A stretch of DNA of 64,000 nucleotides from Oculina patagonica (Eukaryota): NCBI RefSeq assembly GCF_052425735.1, contig NC_135759.1:17608001-17672000 (forward strand), given 5' to 3'. The notes under the pieces were generated by a model, which saw only the letters and a program-made list of their open reading frames with translations, was not told the origin of the DNA and searched no databases. This document shows, one piece after another, positions 49,227-64,000 of this stretch; the stretch's first letter is position 1; each line of letters begins with the position of its first letter. The translations under genes and the position numbers were made by a program.

Positions 49227-50285
49227 CCTGACCACCGGGTTCAAAGACTGTTATTATTAAATACCAGGCGCTCCTCGTGAGAGAATCGAGCAGACCTGGG
49301 TGCTGGAATGGATTTCACTTGTTCGCTTCGATCATAAAACACAACAAAAATAATAATTCTTCAACATTTAATGTGAGACATTTATACTCTTAGAGAGTTT
49401 ATGGCATGCATTCTTTTCGCTATTGCGGCGCGCGTGTGGTTTAAGTTATTCCGATTAATTACAAAATTAACATTACTGAACAGTTCCAGGGATCACCAGC
49501 CCTTCCTGTTTTACAAATCCTCGTTGTAATAACTTCTGCACTTCTCTTTTTATCCAGTAAAAAAAGAGTAACAAGAAACCCTTCTACTAGCATGGCAACC
49601 AATTTGATAGTAACGCGGGCTCATACGGGCTTTCTGAATAAATTTGTAATGAGGTTGTAACTGACGTTATTATCCGCTATTAATGTTAAGCTAATCTGAG
49701 TTTTACTGAACGCAATCACAGAACATGGGAACTATCAAGTTCAATTCTAAACCATATTATACATTTAGGTGTGAACGGTATAGCCTGAGTACACTGTAGT
49801 TTTTATGAGGAAAATGTTATGCGCGAGGAATGATAGAAAGAAGGAACGGCGCTTTTCTTATTATTTCGTCCGCGTTGTGCTAAAATTTTCTTCTATAATT
49901 TCTTCCAATCAGCATTTACTTAAAAAAATATCTATATGTTATACTATTGGTATTGCTTTCCGTTCTATAAAATTTTATCGTTAATTTTTCTCAGTCGTTA
50001 AGGTCTGCGCCTTTAAAAAGGTTCTCTTCCTTAACTTGAATTTGAAAAGCCAAGCTCTTATGCAGTCTGATAATTTTACCTTTCTATCAAAAAAAATATA
50101 ACATAATAAATAAAATTCCTTTTTAAAAAGAATTGGAGGGAGGCTTGGTTCTCAATAAGAGTCGACCTTACACTAGTGACAGTTTGGTGAAAGGGTAACA
50201 TTGAAAACATCTACACCCTAACTAAAGCACATCACACCTGTGCTATGCACTACAAGCAGCCAAATATTCCGCAAAAACTAATTAA

Positions 50286-50576
50286 AGGCGGCGAAATACG
50301 AGATACAAAAACCCTCAACCTGTCGCGCAACATTGTTGCATTGCCAGTTTCTACCGCGCGCTCAACTTGTCTCGCAACAAATTTCGGTGTTGCAAGTTGA
50401 AAAAAATTGTTGCAAAAAGTAGAACTTGGTTCTACTTTGTGCAACATGTTGCTGCAACTTGTAACACTGAAATTTGTTGCGAGACAAGTTGAGCGCGCGG
50501 TAGAAATACAGGCAACAACTCGTTCAACTGGCAATGCAACAATGTTGCACGACAAGTTGAGGGCCTTGAGCCGCCT
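50286..50576. mobile_element. Palindromic PIF/Harbinger-like MITE
   Basis: taa|aggcggc ... gccgcct|taa, with extensive internal self-complementarity centred on aaagtagaac..gttctacttt. Confidence 0.75.
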
Positions 50577-51262
50577 TAAGCTCCATTCTCCACTTCAATG
50601 AAGAGAGGAAAACGGCTGCGAAAGTTGATATTATAACTACACTGTTTTAGATTGGGTAACCCTAACCTATTTCTGTGAACCGGAATCTCCCTCCCTCTAA
50701 GTTTCCTCACTCCTCTGGGGTACACGGGGCGTCTACAGTCTTCTACCACATAAAGAACGGTTTACACCCCTGAAAGAGTAGCTACGATACCCGGAAACTC
50801 GGATGAACATTGGGGAACTAAACAAACGTAACCTCCTTGGTATTTACAGCTTCTTTGAGAAGATTGACATATTTCTTTGCCATAAGACAGGCATCAAGTT
50901 CCCGCAAAAGGAAGTGACGTAATAAATTAGTGACGTCATGAGCTATCGGGATGAGTACAAGCTGGGTACAAGCTGGCGTTTCATTTGACTGAATGAAGTT
51001 TCCTTGTTAAAAGTTCTTAACATCTAAAGGTCCGTTTTCTTGAGAGTCTGGTGCCAGTAAGCGCCGCCAGACTTCACGGCAACAAAACCTTGATAACCAG
51101 TGTGAAACGCTAACTATCTTGTTGCCGGGAGCCGAGTTTAAGCGAGGACTTTCCAGGAACGGGCCCAGCTACAATTAAGGTCAAGAAAACGCAGTCACCG
51201 CACAACCTTCAAACGCGTCTATCAGTGCAATATATCCAAGCTTTATCGACTGATCTCTAGCG

Positions 51263-63191
<11,929 letters not shown>

Positions 63192-63240
63192 CTGAAAGGA
63201 AATAAACATAACAGAGTAAAAGGTAAACTTTCTTCGAGGA

Positions 63241-63530
63241 GGAGGCGCGGTGGCCTAATGGTTAGCGCGCTCGCCTCCGAGTCGAACGGCCCGGGTTCGA
63301 GGCCTGGCCGGGGCGCTGCGTTGTGTTCTTGGGCAAGACACTTTACTCTCACAGTGCCTCTCTCCACCCAGGTGTACAAATGGGTAATTTACTGCTGGGG
63401 GGTAACCCTGCGATGGACTAGCATCCCGTCCAGGGGGGAGTAGCAATACTCCTAGTCGCTTAATGCTACGGAAACCGGGATAAGCTCCGGCTGTATGAGC
63501 CTCATGGCTCGGACACAGACTTTACCTTTA
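63241..63530 (+). mobile_element. tRNA-derived SINE, near full length
   Basis: A-box tggcctaatgg, B-box gggttcgaggcc, core ttgtgttcttgggcaagacacttt, gggtaaccctgcgatggactagcatccc, (cttta) tail. Inverted fragments at about 63565-63640 and 56605-56700. Confidence 0.88.
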
Positions 63531-64000
63531 CTTTTTTTTTCTTCGAGGACACATAGACATTCGGTCAGTAAAGTGTCTTGCCCAAGAACACAACGCAGTA
63601 ACCCCGGCCAGGGCACTTACCATTAGGCCACCGTGCCTTCCATCGGGAAACAAAGGGCTAAGCTCAAAATGTCAAAACGTTAAACTGCCAATATAAATTA
63701 ATGGACACTTACAACTCCTACTAATGGGGTAGAATGATCGTGTCATATTCAATTCGGGCGCACTTGTTCATAACAAACTTTGCGTTATAACTTTTTCGGC
63801 TTTGACTCGTTGGCTCTCAAACTTTAAAAGACATTATATTGTATTGCGGTAAAGCCGAAAAAGTTATGATGTAAAGTTTGTGCCGGAAAAACTACAAAGC
63901 TACCTTAAAGTGCTGATGAAGCGAATATTTTTGATGCATATTATTAAAATTTAACATCTTAAAAGAAAACCCTGACAGTTTGAAAAGGAAAGAAATAAAA

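Noticed and set aside
63241-63312. tRNA-like sequence (also at about 17175-17248 and 24545-24616)
   Set aside because: These are SINE heads continuing into SINE body and tail; no convincing cloverleaf.

Overview
AT-rich, intron-rich animal genomic DNA. The repeat families and intronless GPCR type suggest a cnidarian, most likely a stony coral (inference). Gene models were built by hand from splice signals and reading-frame phase. In order: (1) the last two exons of an unidentified coiled-coil-like gene; (2) a frameshifted single-exon rhodopsin-class GPCR; (3) a complete 12-exon enolase-4 (ENO4) gene on the minus strand, whose 9.4-kb last intron holds a complete 5-exon trypsin-like protease on the opposite strand and a palindromic Penelope retroelement insertion with two hammerhead-ribozyme motifs; (4) a 6-exon gene for a 217-aa secreted protein that the ORF track shows only in fragments; (5) the 3' 11 exons of an FGFR-like receptor tyrosine kinase. 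Gene (4) has the size, helix pattern, intron phases (1,0,0,0,0), TATA box and AU-rich 3' UTR of a long-chain four-helix-bundle (IL-6/leptin/GH-class) cytokine. It may have a decayed, divergently oriented paralog upstream, and it is the top candidate for an undescribed system. The cytokine fold is inferred, not computed. Many MITEs, SINEs, a LINE fragment and satellites fill introns and intergenic DNA.
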